Assembly: GCA_963739305.1 (NCBI GenBank)
Contig: CAVTZU010000013.1
Location: 64,001-128,000 of the forward strand
Length of the DNA: 64,000 nt
Source of the DNA: Candidatus Bathyarchaeota archaeon
GTDB taxonomy: Archaea > Thermoproteota > Bathyarchaeia > Bathyarchaeales > Bathycorpusculaceae
Direction: 5' to 3'
Part shown: piece by piece, positions 38,277-48,843 of the stretch
Layout: the number at the start of each line of letters is the position of its first letter
Position numbering within the stretch: the stretch's first letter is position 1
Notes under the pieces: generated by a model
Databases searched by the model: none
Told to the model about the DNA's origin: nothing
Seen by the model: only the letters and a program-made list of their open reading frames with translations
Program-made: the position numbers and the translations under genes

Positions 38277-40643
38277 ATGGAGAAGAAATCGCCTAGGATC
38301 GGTATTTTCGTGTGCGAATGTGGCGGCAACATAGGCGACGTCGTAGACGTCAAGTCGGTCGTAGAAACGATCAAGAACTGGCCTGATGTTGCAACTGCCA
38401 AATATCAAAAGTATCTGTGCTCTAAACCAGCCCAAGAGATGATACTCGACTCTGTGAAAAAAGACAACTTAGACAGAGTCGTCGTTGCCAGCTGCACACC
38501 ACGAATGCATCTAGGCACCTTTCAATCCGTCATGGAGAGATCTGGTCTAAACCCCTTCATGCTTGAATTCGTTAACATAAGGGAGCAGGACTCATGGGTT
38601 CACGGTCCTCATCCGTCGCCTGAAGCCACGAAGAAAGCCATAAGCCTGATCAAAGGTGGTTACGAAAGAAGCCGAGAGCTTGAGCCTCTCCAAACCATCA
38701 GCGAAAAAGGTTCGAGAGAAATCCTCATCGTGGGCGGTGGAATAGCAGGAATAACCTCAGCCCTTGAGCTTGGCTACTTAGGCTACAAGGTTCACCTCGT
38801 TGAAAGAAAGCCGAGCATCGGAGGAAACATGTCGAAACTGACAAAAGTCTTCCCAACCCTGGACTGCGCCCAGTGCATTCTGACCCCGAGAATGGCTGAA
38901 GTAGGAAGAAACCCGAACGTGACTCTCTACACTTATGGCGAGGTGCAGGAGCTAAGCGGAAGGCCAGGCAACTATGACGTTAAGGTCTTCATGAAGCCAC
39001 GCGGCGTAGATCTGCAGAAGTGCAGGAACTGCGGCGTCTGCGCGAAGGTTTGTCCGGTTTCGGTTCCAGACGAGTTCAACGAGTGCTTGTCACAGAGAAA
39101 GGCCGCCTACATCGAATTTCCACAGGCAGTCCCTTCAGTATACACAATCGACTTCAAGTCTTGTACTAAATGCGGAAAATGCGAGAAACTTTGCCCCGCA
39201 AAAGCAATAAGCCTAGCAGATCAGGGAAGCACCGTTAACCTCCACGTCGGCGGCATAATAATGGCAACTGGATACGAGCTGTATGACGCGAAGAAGCTTG
39301 AAACCTATGGCTACGGCACGTACAAGGACGTAATAACGATGATGGAGCTGGAAAGACTCGTTTCAGCCACTGGTCCCACAGGAGGTTACGTAAAGCGGGG
39401 AGACGGCACCGACGTGAAGAAGGCCGCAATCGTGCTATGCGCGGGGTCAAGGGACAAGAACTACGTTCCATACTGCAGTCGCATCTGCTGTATGTACGCG
39501 CTCAAACAGGCTTTTGTCCTGAAGAAGATGCACGGAATCGACGTAACAATCTATTACACGGACATAAGAGCAACAGGAAAAGGATACGAAGACCTCTACT
39601 GGCGTGACCAAGAAGCAGGAGTCGCTTTCGTACGGGGAAAAATCGCAGAAGTCTACAAAGACAGCAAAACGGGAAAGCTCGTCGCGTTGACTGAAGACAC
39701 AATATCCGGCGAGCTCATGGAAGACCAATTTGACATGATCGCGCTGGCAACACCCATGGTTCCACCCGGAGGACTGAAAGAACTTACTGAAAAAATGAAA
39801 GTCTCGGTTGGCGAAGATGGGTTCATAACGGAGAAACATCCAAAACTCGATCCTGTCGATTCCCTCACAGCCGGAATTTTCGCGTGCGGCTGCGCCCTAA
39901 GTCCGAAGGACGTTCGCGACACAGTCTCGGACGGTCTCGGAGCCTCGGCAAAGGCTGCATTGTTCCTCAAGAGTGATTACATAACGACATCCCCTGAAAA
40001 AGCCTTCGTGATAACTGACCTGTGCAACGGTTGCGGCGGATGCGTACCTATCTGTCCGACCAAGGCAATAACTTTGCAAGAAGGCAAAGCAAAAATCGAC
40101 CCGTTCCAGTGTACAGGCTGCGGCGCGTGCATACCAGTCTGCCCACAAGAAGCCATCGACTTCAAGAACGCCACGACCAAGCAAGTAATCGCCAGCCTCA
40201 AAGGCGTTCTCGCAGAGAAACAACCAGGTGAAGTCAGAGTCGTCGCCTTCGTCGACAAGAACGTCGGCTACACGGGAATGGACTTCTTAGGATTGGACCG
40301 TGCAAACTACCCTGAAAACGTTCGCATCGTGTCCGTACCAACGACCGCCATACTTGGCCTGAAACACCTGCTTTACGCGTTTGCCTACGGCGCCGACGGC
40401 GCGCTCGTCATCGAAGGAACCCAGGAGATCGATGAGAAATTTACGAAGAAGCGAATGATCGACCTCGGGCGCGAACTCGCGAAGTACGGCGTTGAAAACA
40501 TGCGAGTACGGTACAGCTACGTTCCCCTGCCAGTGTATAAAAAGGCCGCCGAATTGTTCATTATGTTCACAGATCGAATCAAAAAATTCGGCCCATTTCC
40601 AGAGGACAAACGCAACGCCATCAAACAAAAACTTGGCCTTTAA
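38277..40643 (+). CDS. hdrA: Heterodisulfide reductase subunit A fused to a degenerate MvhD domain
   Basis: CECGGNI, ASCTPRMH, NIREQDSWVH, GGGIAG, TLDCAQC, CAGSRD, YCSRICCM, ferredoxin motifs, C-terminal YPENVRI...GADG. Confidence 0.93.
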   Translation: MEKKSPRIGIFVCECGGNIGDVVDVKSVVETIKNWPDVATAKYQKYLCSKPAQEMILDSVKKDNLDRVVVASCTPRMHLGTFQSVMERSGLNPFMLEFVNIREQDSWVHGPHPSPEATKKAISLIKGGYERSRELEPLQTISEKGSREILIVGGGIAGITSALELGYLGYKVHLVERKPSIGGNMSKLTKVFPTLDCAQCILTPRMAEVGRNPNVTLYTYGEVQELSGRPGNYDVKVFMKPRGVDLQKCRNCGVCAKVCPVSVPDEFNECLSQRKAAYIEFPQAVPSVYTIDFKSCTKCGKCEKLCPAKAISLADQGSTVNLHVGGIIMATGYELYDAKKLETYGYGTYKDVITMMELERLVSATGPTGGYVKRGDGTDVKKAAIVLCAGSRDKNYVPYCSRICCMYALKQAFVLKKMHGIDVTIYYTDIRATGKGYEDLYWRDQEAGVAFVRGKIAEVYKDSKTGKLVALTEDTISGELMEDQFDMIALATPMVPPGGLKELTEKMKVSVGEDGFITEKHPKLDPVDSLTAGIFACGCALSPKDVRDTVSDGLGASAKAALFLKSDYITTSPEKAFVITDLCNGCGGCVPICPTKAITLQEGKAKIDPFQCTGCGACIPVCPQEAIDFKNATTKQVIASLKGVLAEKQPGEVRVVAFVDKNVGYTGMDFLGLDRANYPENVRIVSVPTTAILGLKHLLYAFAYGADGALVIEGTQEIDEKFTKKRMIDLGRELAKYGVENMRVRYSYVPLPVYKKAAELFIMFTDRIKKFGPFPEDKRNAIKQKLGL

Positions 40644-40844
40644 ACGTATTTGTTCAATTCTCGAGTTTTTTCAATGTTCGAACAGAATATCCTATGACAT
40701 GGACCCATCTGCCTGATCACGCTGACTGTGTCTGTCTCAAGTGAGACGCACAAATCATTATTTCCAATTTTCGTACATACCTCTGGATTCGCGGCGAAAA
40801 AAGGCGGGCGCCCTTTTTCCCGTTAAAAGATGGAGGGACCCAGC

Positions 40845-41241
40845 ATGAATTGGAAACTCGTAGCCGTGAAAACTATGCCTTTCGTTTTCTTTGCAGCGAT
40901 CTTCTTTTTGAAGACTATTTGGGGCGAAGTACCAGCCTGCTGCTAGCGGGTGTGTGCGCATGCAGATCCGCAAGCCCTTTTCTTTTTTCAGAAGCGCGAG
41001 AGAACGCATTTTCGAAAACGAAACGATACGGTTCCTGTTCTTTGTTGAACGAATGCCAAAGCACAGAGTGATGGAAAGCATTAACGTATTCTTTCTGGCT
41101 TCATTGAGCATCATCTGCTTTCTCGCAGGGTTAGGCGGTTTCATGTTGTGGGATTCCTACGGACTAATCGGATTCATATTGTATTACGTAGGTGCCCTCA
41201 TCGCAGTGTTAGAGCTGCTGCACTGCCTGTTTGACAGGTGA
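40845..41241 (+). pseudogene. Possible frameshifted small membrane protein (track ORF 40954-41241 would be its C-terminal part)
   Basis: GGAGG RBS + ATG 40845 gives a short hydrophobic frame; hydrophobic C-terminal part lies in another frame. Confidence 0.3.
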
Positions 41242-41319
41242 ATTCTGCTAGTGGAACGGCGTTTTGAAGAGTTCTTTTATACTCATGAGTCAAAGAATAC
41301 GTTTGAAGGAGCTGTCAAT

Positions 41320-41703
41320 TTGAGCACCACAGAGTGTCCGTTATGCAAACTGGACTTGAAAAAGGAGAAGATTTTCTATGACGACAGATCGTTCCTAGTT
41401 CTGAGAACGAAGGATCTAAAGGGACACAAGGAAAGAATCATGATCGTCTACAAGCCGCACGAGCACACAATATCCCACAAGGCCCTTGAACGAGCTTTGG
41501 ATCTTCTTTCCGACATGGGCAGAAAAGTTTTCAGCTACACGCCGAAGTTCGTAATAATGGACGCAACCTTCGCAACGATAAACGATCATTGGCACCTCGT
41601 TGGAACAGATCTTGATCCCAAAAGCAAAGATTTTGACCAGATCCTTTCCACCAGATGGATAAAAGTGGTGGACAACACAACGGCCGAAGAAAGCGAACCT
41701 TAG
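41320..41703 (+). CDS. HIT-like family protein
   Basis: CPLC, IFYDD, KPHEH, DHWHLV; TTG after GAAGGAG. Confidence 0.7.
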   Translation: MSTTECPLCKLDLKKEKIFYDDRSFLVLRTKDLKGHKERIMIVYKPHEHTISHKALERALDLLSDMGRKVFSYTPKFVIMDATFATINDHWHLVGTDLDPKSKDFDQILSTRWIKVVDNTTAEESEP

Positions 41704-41788
41704 ATATTTGCAAGAAGAATCAATTAATTCCACAAACCATAAGACTCCCAGGAACCACCTATAAATATCGACCGGATTGGGCTGTTGT

Positions 41789-42385
41789 ATGTCTTTCTTG
41801 AAGAAGTTCAAAGACAGACTAACTAAACCCAACGCTGCAGCATCGTTACAGCTGAACAAGAGTGGTTTTGCGTTGGGCGAAAACTTGGAGGGCACTCTGG
41901 TCGTCACCTCAAATGAGGAGTTTGACGCCAAAGAGATAAGGTGCGAATTCCAATGCGTCGAGACCAAAAGAACCATCTCCAATCAATATGATGCCGCACT
42001 CAAACGCACTGTTCCAAGGGAAGTTCAGGAATCCGTCACTCTGTATTCTGCAAGACCCCAACTGAGCGGTCCAATACACCTTACGCCGAGCTTCTCGCAA
42101 AACTATCAGCTTGCCACAATCATCCCTGCCACAGGGAGACCAACCTATCGCGGCGTTGACCAAAACGTCGTCTGGTCAGTGAAAGGTGTTATAGCGGTCG
42201 ACGGTCGACCTGACGTGGCGAGTTCAGTCATTGAAATTCAAGTGTCGCCTCCGAGTGTTTCTCCAGTGGTAAGTGAAAAAGAAATCGTTCGAGAAGTGGT
42301 CATGATCCCGTGCAAGTACTGTGGAGCGTTGATGGAGCAAACCGTCACAGTTTGCCCCAACTGCGGAGGAAGAAGAACCGGCTGA
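41789..42385 (+). CDS. Arrestin/SpoOM-like beta-sandwich protein with C-terminal Zn-ribbon
   Basis: LGENLEGTLVV..EEFDAKEIRCEF, VVWSVKGVIAVDGRPD, CKYCG...CPNCG. Confidence 0.8.
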   Translation: MSFLKKFKDRLTKPNAAASLQLNKSGFALGENLEGTLVVTSNEEFDAKEIRCEFQCVETKRTISNQYDAALKRTVPREVQESVTLYSARPQLSGPIHLTPSFSQNYQLATIIPATGRPTYRGVDQNVVWSVKGVIAVDGRPDVASSVIEIQVSPPSVSPVVSEKEIVREVVMIPCKYCGALMEQTVTVCPNCGGRRTG

Positions 42386-42537
42386 GTCCACTCGTTCTCG
42401 GTCTCCGACGTTTGCACTTCAACTCTTCCTGCAACGTCTATCATTGGCACTTTGGATGTAAAACGATTTTTCTCGAGCAAAAGCTATATGAAAACGAGTG
42501 CTAAACACAGTCCACATCTCTAGGAGAGTAAGGTGAC

Positions 42538-43326
42538 TTGGACATAATCATCTGTGCTAAACATGTTCCTGAAACAGCCGAAGCAGAATTGAAGATCGAT
42601 CCCACGGGCAAGAACGTGGACAAAACAGGCTTGGTCTACGATATCAATGAATGGGATGACTACGCGCTTGAGGAAGCCGTGCGAATAAAAGAGAAACAGA
42701 CTGGCACAGTAACCGCCATAACGGTGGGCGCGGAAGATTCGGACAGCACGTTGAGAAAGTGCATGGCCCGAGGCGCGGACAAGGCAATAAGAATGACTGA
42801 CTCAAAATTCAACGGTTCAGACGGCTACGCCGTCGCAAAAATACTTCACAGCGCAATAAAGAATTTACATTTCGACTTGATCCTCACCGGTGCCCAAGCT
42901 GGCGACGATGGAAGCGGAATGGTCGGGCCGATACTCGCTGAATTGCTCAAGATACCACACGTGACGATGGTTAAGAAAATCGAACTCGGCAACGGTGTCA
43001 TAAGGGTCAACCGGGAACTTGAAGGCGGCTTGGAGGAGCAGGTTGAAGTGAAGTTTCCTGCTGTTGTCTCTGTCCAGACGGGAATCAACGAACCTCGGTA
43101 CGTTTCCATCATGGGAATTCGCAAGGCGATGCAAAAAGAAATCAGACTAATGACTCTGATAGACACAGGGTTGACTGAAAACGATGTTGGACCTGGGGGT
43201 TCATGGACCACCATCGAGAAAATGTACGTTCCGCCCGTCGAGAAGCAAGCAGAATTTCTGAAGGGAACCCCAGAAGAAGTCGCCACAAAGATCGCTGAAT
43301 TACTTAAGTCGAAGGGGCTGATTTGA
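42538..43326 (+). CDS. etfB: Electron transfer flavoprotein beta subunit
   Basis: CAKHVP, INEWDDYALEEA, GADKA, GAQAGD, INEPRY. Confidence 0.96.
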   Translation: MDIIICAKHVPETAEAELKIDPTGKNVDKTGLVYDINEWDDYALEEAVRIKEKQTGTVTAITVGAEDSDSTLRKCMARGADKAIRMTDSKFNGSDGYAVAKILHSAIKNLHFDLILTGAQAGDDGSGMVGPILAELLKIPHVTMVKKIELGNGVIRVNRELEGGLEEQVEVKFPAVVSVQTGINEPRYVSIMGIRKAMQKEIRLMTLIDTGLTENDVGPGGSWTTIEKMYVPPVEKQAEFLKGTPEEVATKIAELLKSKGLI

Positions 43327-43327
43327 A

Positions 43328-44321
43328 ATGGCAAAGATATTTGTTCTGGCTGAACACAGGCAAGCACAGCTTCGAGATATCACTTTTGAAATGCTCACAA
43401 AAGGCCGAGAACTCGCAGCCAAGACTGGCGCAGAAGTTGTCGCCGTCCTATTGGGAAAAGGCTTAAGAGAGCACGCCAAAAATCTGGCAGAGTACGCCAA
43501 AACCGTTCTGTTGATTGAAGACGCAAAACTCGAGAACTTCAATTCTGAAGCTTACAGAAGAATACTCTCAGTACTCATTTCTGAACACAAACCGACGCTG
43601 GTCTTATTGGGACACACCTCGTACGGAGTGGACTTAGCTCCAAGGCTCGCCGCCGCCATGAACTTACCGCTAGCCACCGACTGCGTAGACTTGAACTTTG
43701 AAGGCGACGCGCTCACGGTCACGCGGCAGATGTACGGCGGGAAAGTGAACGTGAAAACAAACGTGAGAAAGGCAGAAACTTATGTAGCGACGCTTCGACA
43801 AGCCACTTTTGCACCCCAGAAGCCTGCGCCTCCTGAAAATGGGCAAATCATGGAGGTTCCTTCACCTCTAGCCGAGGAAATTCAGGAGAAACGATTCATC
43901 CAATACGTGCTGCCGCCTCCTGGAGGCGTCGATATCACGGCGGCCGAAAAACTCGTCGGTGTAGGGAGAGGGATCAAAGACGCAGCTAACATTCCAATGG
44001 TCGAGGAACTGGCGAAAACTATTGGGGCGGTTGTCTCATGCTCACGCCCGATCGTTGACAAAGGCTGGTTGCCCTCAGACCGCCAAGTCGGTACGTCCGG
44101 CAAGACCGTGAAACCGAAACTCTACATTGCTTTAGGCATAAGCGGGGCGTTCCAGCACGTACTGGGAATGAAGAAGCTCAGACCTCATCATTGCCGTAAA
44201 CAAGGATCCAAAAGCGCCTATATTCAGTTTCTCAGACTACGGCGTTGTCGAAGATATCTTCAAAATAATGCCCCCCCTTAAGACCAAGGTGTCTGAAATT
44301 CGTTCGAAGAAACCAGCTTGA
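43328..44321 (+). CDS. etfA: Electron transfer flavoprotein alpha subunit, single-base frameshift near 44174
   Basis: GVGRG, SRPIVD, QVGTSGKTVKP, GISGAFQH; the conserved SDLIIAVNKDPKAPIF...DYGVVED tail is in another frame ending at TGA 44321. Confidence 0.93.
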
Positions 44322-44338
44322 CGAGGAGGAAGAAAATA

Positions 44339-45493
44339 ATGGATTTCAAGTTGAACGATGAACAGAAAGAAATAGTCAAAGCAGTCCGGGAATTTTGCGC
44401 TAAAGAATTTACACCTGAACTGGCGATCGAGTTTGATCAGAAAGAAGACTTTCCAATGACCATTTACAAGAAAGCTGCTCAGCTCGGTTTCACAAGCATG
44501 CGGATACCCCAAGAATATGATGGTCAAGGATACGGCCTTATCGAAGATTGCTTAGTCGTTGAAGAGTTGTGCCGTGCAGACCCTGGGCTTGGAGTGGCGA
44601 TATCGCTTGGAAACCTGATGATTCCAGACGTGTTGTTGAAACACGGCAATGAGGAACAGAAGAAGAAGTACATTCCGCCCTTATCAAGAGGTGACACGCT
44701 GGCAGCAGCGGCCTTCACTGAACCCGAACACGGCAGTGACATCACAAGGATGGATTCAACCGCTGTTAAGTGCGGGAACGAGTGGGTCATAAATGGAGCT
44801 AAAGAATTCATCACAAACGCGCCGATAGCCGGCACCTTCATTCTACTCTGCCAATCGGACTGCAACGTACAACCATCGCATAGAGGACAAAGCATTTTCA
44901 TCGCCGAGAAAGGGACGAGCGGGTTGGAGACGACGATGCTTCACGGCAAGATGGGTATCAAACCATGCATCACCGGTTCGGTTTCAATGGCCGACGTCAA
45001 AGTTCCGGAAACTAACGTCATAGGAGAACTGGGCAAAGGCTTCTACTACACCCTTGAGCTTTTCGACGGAACGCGGATCACCGTGGCAGCTCAAGCCGTT
45101 GGCATGGCACAGGGAGCCTTTGACAGGGCACTTGCTTATGCGAAGACGAGAAAACAGTTCGGCCAGGCGATAATCAACTTCCAAGGCGTGGGTTTCAAGC
45201 TAGCGGAGATGGCGTGGAAAATAGAATCGGCGCGTTTGATGACGTACAAGGCAGCTTGGCTCTATGATAAAGAGAAGCCCAATCAGGTCGCGACATCAAT
45301 GGCCAAGGCCTACGCTAGCCGGGTCGCAATGGAAGTCACGGATGATGCAATACAGGTTTTCGGCGGTTACGGCTTTCTTGCAGACTACCACGTTGAACGC
45401 TATCATAGATGCGCAAAGATCACGGAACTTTATGAAGGAACAAGTGAAATTCAGAGGCTGACGATAGCAAATTGCCTAATGCGGCAACAGTAG
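44339..45493 (+). CDS. Acyl-CoA dehydrogenase
   Basis: AFTEPEHGSD, INGAKEFITN, RKQFGQ, QVFGGYG, ELYEGTSEIQ. Confidence 0.96.
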   Translation: MDFKLNDEQKEIVKAVREFCAKEFTPELAIEFDQKEDFPMTIYKKAAQLGFTSMRIPQEYDGQGYGLIEDCLVVEELCRADPGLGVAISLGNLMIPDVLLKHGNEEQKKKYIPPLSRGDTLAAAAFTEPEHGSDITRMDSTAVKCGNEWVINGAKEFITNAPIAGTFILLCQSDCNVQPSHRGQSIFIAEKGTSGLETTMLHGKMGIKPCITGSVSMADVKVPETNVIGELGKGFYYTLELFDGTRITVAAQAVGMAQGAFDRALAYAKTRKQFGQAIINFQGVGFKLAEMAWKIESARLMTYKAAWLYDKEKPNQVATSMAKAYASRVAMEVTDDAIQVFGGYGFLADYHVERYHRCAKITELYEGTSEIQRLTIANCLMRQQ

Positions 45494-45593
45494 CGATTTT
45501 TCAAACCCTTCTTTCTTTCAACGCGTCATAGCATTTTTCTTCAAAAGTCTTATTACATTTTCAAGAGTTCATTAGCAGTGAGGAGGAACATCC

Positions 45594-46784
45594 TTGACGC
45601 TTGAAAACCTGAAAAGAGTGGCAATCGTGGGCTCAGGTTCAATGGGCCACGGCATAGCCGAAATGCTTGCTATGAATGGCTATGAAGTTAGGATGATTGA
45701 CATAAACGACGAGCTTCTCCAGAACGCCAAAGAAAAAATCAGATGGAGCCTTGACAAGTTCGTCGAGAAAAAACGAATCAGAAAAGAAGACGCCGACGCC
45801 TCCTTCGCTAGAATCAAGACAACTACCAGCTACCAAGACGCCGCCAAGGACATAGATCTGGCGATTGAGGCAGTTCCCGAAAACATGGACCTCAAGAAAA
45901 AAGTGTTTTCCACCCTCGACTCAGCAGCTCCGCCGCACGCGATAATCGCCTCCAACACTTCAACTTTGAGCATAACGGAAATGGGGAACGCGACAAAACG
46001 CCCTGAAAGAGTCGCTGGAATGCACTTCTTCAACCCGCCGATCATGATGACGTTGGTAGAGGTAATAAGGGGCGGTAACACGAATCAAGAGACCATCACC
46101 ACGCTTTGCGAGCTTGCAAAGAAACTCGGAAAGACGCCCATAGTAGTGAGGAAGGACGTAAGAGGATTCATAGTCAACCGCGTCCTCGGAAGCGTCTTCA
46201 ACGAGGCATTCTGGGCTTTCCAACGCGGTGAAGCAACCAAAGAAGGAATAGACTCTTCAGTCAAGTACACAGGCGGTTTTCCAATGGGCTGGTTCGAGTT
46301 GGCCGACTTCGTCGGTCTAGACATAGCCTACGAGGTTGGAAGAATCCTGTATGACGCTTACGGCGAACGCTTCAAACCATGCGCAGAAGTCATAGATCCG
46401 CTCATCAAAGAAAGAAAGTTCGGGCAAAAGTCAGGAACAGGATTCTATGATTGGACCAAAGGGCGACCGAGGATACCCTTCAACATGCTCGACGAGTACG
46501 ATGTCGAAAGATCCTGGGCCGTAGCCGCCAATGAGGCCGCATGGATCATACACGATGACGCTGCGAACCCAGAAGACATCGACACCGGAATGAAACTAGG
46601 CACGTTCTGGCCGTCAGGTCCATGCGAATATGCTGACCGTGTCGGCCTAGACTTAATGGTCAGCAAGCTTAAAGAGCTATACGCGAAACATAATATGGAA
46701 ATGTATAAGCCCTGTCCCTTGCTGGAAGAATACGTCAGCAAAGGTTGGACAGGCAAAAAAGTTGGAAGGGGGTTCTACAAATGA
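45594..46784 (+). CDS. 3-hydroxyacyl-CoA dehydrogenase
   Basis: GSGSMGHGIA, IEAVPE, ASNTS, GMHFFNP, GFIVNR; duplicated C-terminal domain. Confidence 0.96.
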   Translation: MTLENLKRVAIVGSGSMGHGIAEMLAMNGYEVRMIDINDELLQNAKEKIRWSLDKFVEKKRIRKEDADASFARIKTTTSYQDAAKDIDLAIEAVPENMDLKKKVFSTLDSAAPPHAIIASNTSTLSITEMGNATKRPERVAGMHFFNPPIMMTLVEVIRGGNTNQETITTLCELAKKLGKTPIVVRKDVRGFIVNRVLGSVFNEAFWAFQRGEATKEGIDSSVKYTGGFPMGWFELADFVGLDIAYEVGRILYDAYGERFKPCAEVIDPLIKERKFGQKSGTGFYDWTKGRPRIPFNMLDEYDVERSWAVAANEAAWIIHDDAANPEDIDTGMKLGTFWPSGPCEYADRVGLDLMVSKLKELYAKHNMEMYKPCPLLEEYVSKGWTGKKVGRGFYK

Positions 46785-47935
46785 AGTTCGAGTTGACAGA
46801 AGAACAACTCCACGTCAAGAACGCTGTAAAAGAATTCTGCCAAAAAGAGTTCAAGCCAGAACTAGCGTTGGAGCTAGACAAGAAAGAAGAGTATCCGATG
46901 GATTTGTACAAGAAGGCCGCCAAATTGGGCTTCACAAGCATGATGTTCCCAGAAGAATATGGTGGGCAAGGCTTGGGTCTGCTCGAGGTCTGCTTAGCAG
47001 TCGAGGAAATGTGCCGAGGAGACTCGTCACTCGGAGTCGCGATTTCAAGCAGCAACTTCGGCAGTGAATTCATAATGGTCCATGGCTCCAAAGAGCAGAA
47101 GGAAAAATATCTGCCACCGATCTGCAGAGGCGACTTCATGTCCGCCGCGGCATTCACTGAACCGAACGTCAGCGGAAGCGACATAAACCGCATGGAAACC
47201 ACTGCAACTAAATATGGAAATGAATGGTGGATAAATGGACAGAAAACCTTTATCACAAATGCGACGGTAGCAGATTTCATCGTTGTTCTAACTCAAACAG
47301 ACACGAAGATCCGACCTACTCACCGCGGAGAAACGTTGTTTGTAGTTGAAAAAGGGACATCCGGTTTGGAAGCCACGAAACTGCACAACAAGATGGGAAT
47401 AAGAGCTTCAATAACCGGAGAACTCAATTTCAGCAACGTGAAAGTGACCGATTGGAATATGGTCGGTGAACTTAACAAGGGCTTCTATTATTCAATGGAA
47501 TTCTTCGACAAAACACGCGTCGGAGTGGCTGCTCAAGCTGTTGGCATGGCGCAGGGAGCTTGGGAAATTGCGTTCAAGTATGCCAAACAAAGAGAAGCCT
47601 TTGGCATGCCTATAATGCAGCACGAAGCCATAGGAATGAAATTGGCCGAGCTGGCAACAAAGATCGAAGCCGCTCGGCTGCTCACCTACAAAGCTGCGTC
47701 TCTCATTGATGAGGGAAAACTGGATGCTATGGCAACAGCCATGGCCAAGTACTATGCTGGTGAAATCGCGATGGAAGTCACAAACTCTGCGATTCAGACT
47801 TTGGGCGGCTACGGATACTTCGGCGAATACCGCGTTGAAAAATTCCACAGAGACGCGAAAATAACAGAAATCTATGAAGGAACAAGTGAAATCCAGAGGC
47901 TACAAGTGCTCAAGTATCTTCTCAGCAAGTATTAG
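46781..47935 (+). CDS. Acyl-CoA dehydrogenase (second paralog)
   Basis: AFTEPNVSGSD, INGQKTFITN, QTLGGYG, EIYEGTSEIQ; ATGA overlap with the upstream gene. Confidence 0.96.
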   Translation: MKFELTEEQLHVKNAVKEFCQKEFKPELALELDKKEEYPMDLYKKAAKLGFTSMMFPEEYGGQGLGLLEVCLAVEEMCRGDSSLGVAISSSNFGSEFIMVHGSKEQKEKYLPPICRGDFMSAAAFTEPNVSGSDINRMETTATKYGNEWWINGQKTFITNATVADFIVVLTQTDTKIRPTHRGETLFVVEKGTSGLEATKLHNKMGIRASITGELNFSNVKVTDWNMVGELNKGFYYSMEFFDKTRVGVAAQAVGMAQGAWEIAFKYAKQREAFGMPIMQHEAIGMKLAELATKIEAARLLTYKAASLIDEGKLDAMATAMAKYYAGEIAMEVTNSAIQTLGGYGYFGEYRVEKFHRDAKITEIYEGTSEIQRLQVLKYLLSKY

Positions 47936-47983
47936 AAGAACCGCGTGAAAAACATATATGCCCATAAAACAAACAAACAGTAG

Positions 47984-48781
47984 GTGGCAAATTTGAGTAA
48001 AGCATACGAAACCCTCAAGATAGAAAGAGAAGAAAACGTTCTTTGGATTATATTGAACCGACCTCACCGACTCAACACATTCAACGAGGTCTTGCTCGAA
48101 GAACTCGGAGACATGCTTAACACAGCTGAAAACGACCAAAGTGTCAAATGCGTCGTCATAACAGGCGACGGCGACCGAGCGTTCAGTGCAGGTGCAGACG
48201 CAAGCATGTTCCAAAAAGCAACTCCTGTCACGACCGAAGAATTCTGCAGGCGCGGACAGAAAACCTTTGGCAAAATCGAAGAGATGTCAAAGCCAGTCAT
48301 CGCCGCAATCAACGGTTATGCGCTCGGCGGCGGATTGGAACTAGCTTTATCGTGTGATCTCAGAATAGCAGCCGAGCATGCTGAACTTGGAAGCACAGAA
48401 ATCAATTTAGGCTTGATTCCAGGATGGGGTGGAACTCAGAAGCTTGTCAGAATCGTCGGCTTGGCAAAAGCAAAGGAAATGCTCATGTTGGGAAGCAGGC
48501 TCAAATCTGACGAAGCGCTAAGAATCGGCCTAGTGCACAAGGTTGTTCACTTTGATAAGCTCAAAGAAGAAGTAAGCGCGATCGCTAAGAAGCTTGCGGA
48601 GGGTCCTCCTGTCGCAATGAAATACGCCAAACACGCAGCGAACTTCGGTGCTCAAGTTCCCCTGGAGGTCGGGCTAAGATTGGAAGCAGCGCTGTTTGCG
48701 CTAGTGTTGTCTACTGAAGACAGCAAAGAAGGCGTAGAAGCCCTGTTTGGCAAGCGAAAACCGGAATTCAAAGGCAAATAG
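47984..48781 (+). CDS. Enoyl-CoA hydratase/isomerase
   Basis: LNRP, AFSAGAD, KPVIAAINGYALGGGLELA, EINLGLIPGWGGTQ. Confidence 0.96.
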   Translation: MANLSKAYETLKIEREENVLWIILNRPHRLNTFNEVLLEELGDMLNTAENDQSVKCVVITGDGDRAFSAGADASMFQKATPVTTEEFCRRGQKTFGKIEEMSKPVIAAINGYALGGGLELALSCDLRIAAEHAELGSTEINLGLIPGWGGTQKLVRIVGLAKAKEMLMLGSRLKSDEALRIGLVHKVVHFDKLKEEVSAIAKKLAEGPPVAMKYAKHAANFGAQVPLEVGLRLEAALFALVLSTEDSKEGVEALFGKRKPEFKGK

Positions 48782-48843
48782 CTTTAGCATTCCCTCTTAT
48801 TTTGTATTTCCTTGTATCTCTAGAAAGGAGAGGTGTATTTGAA

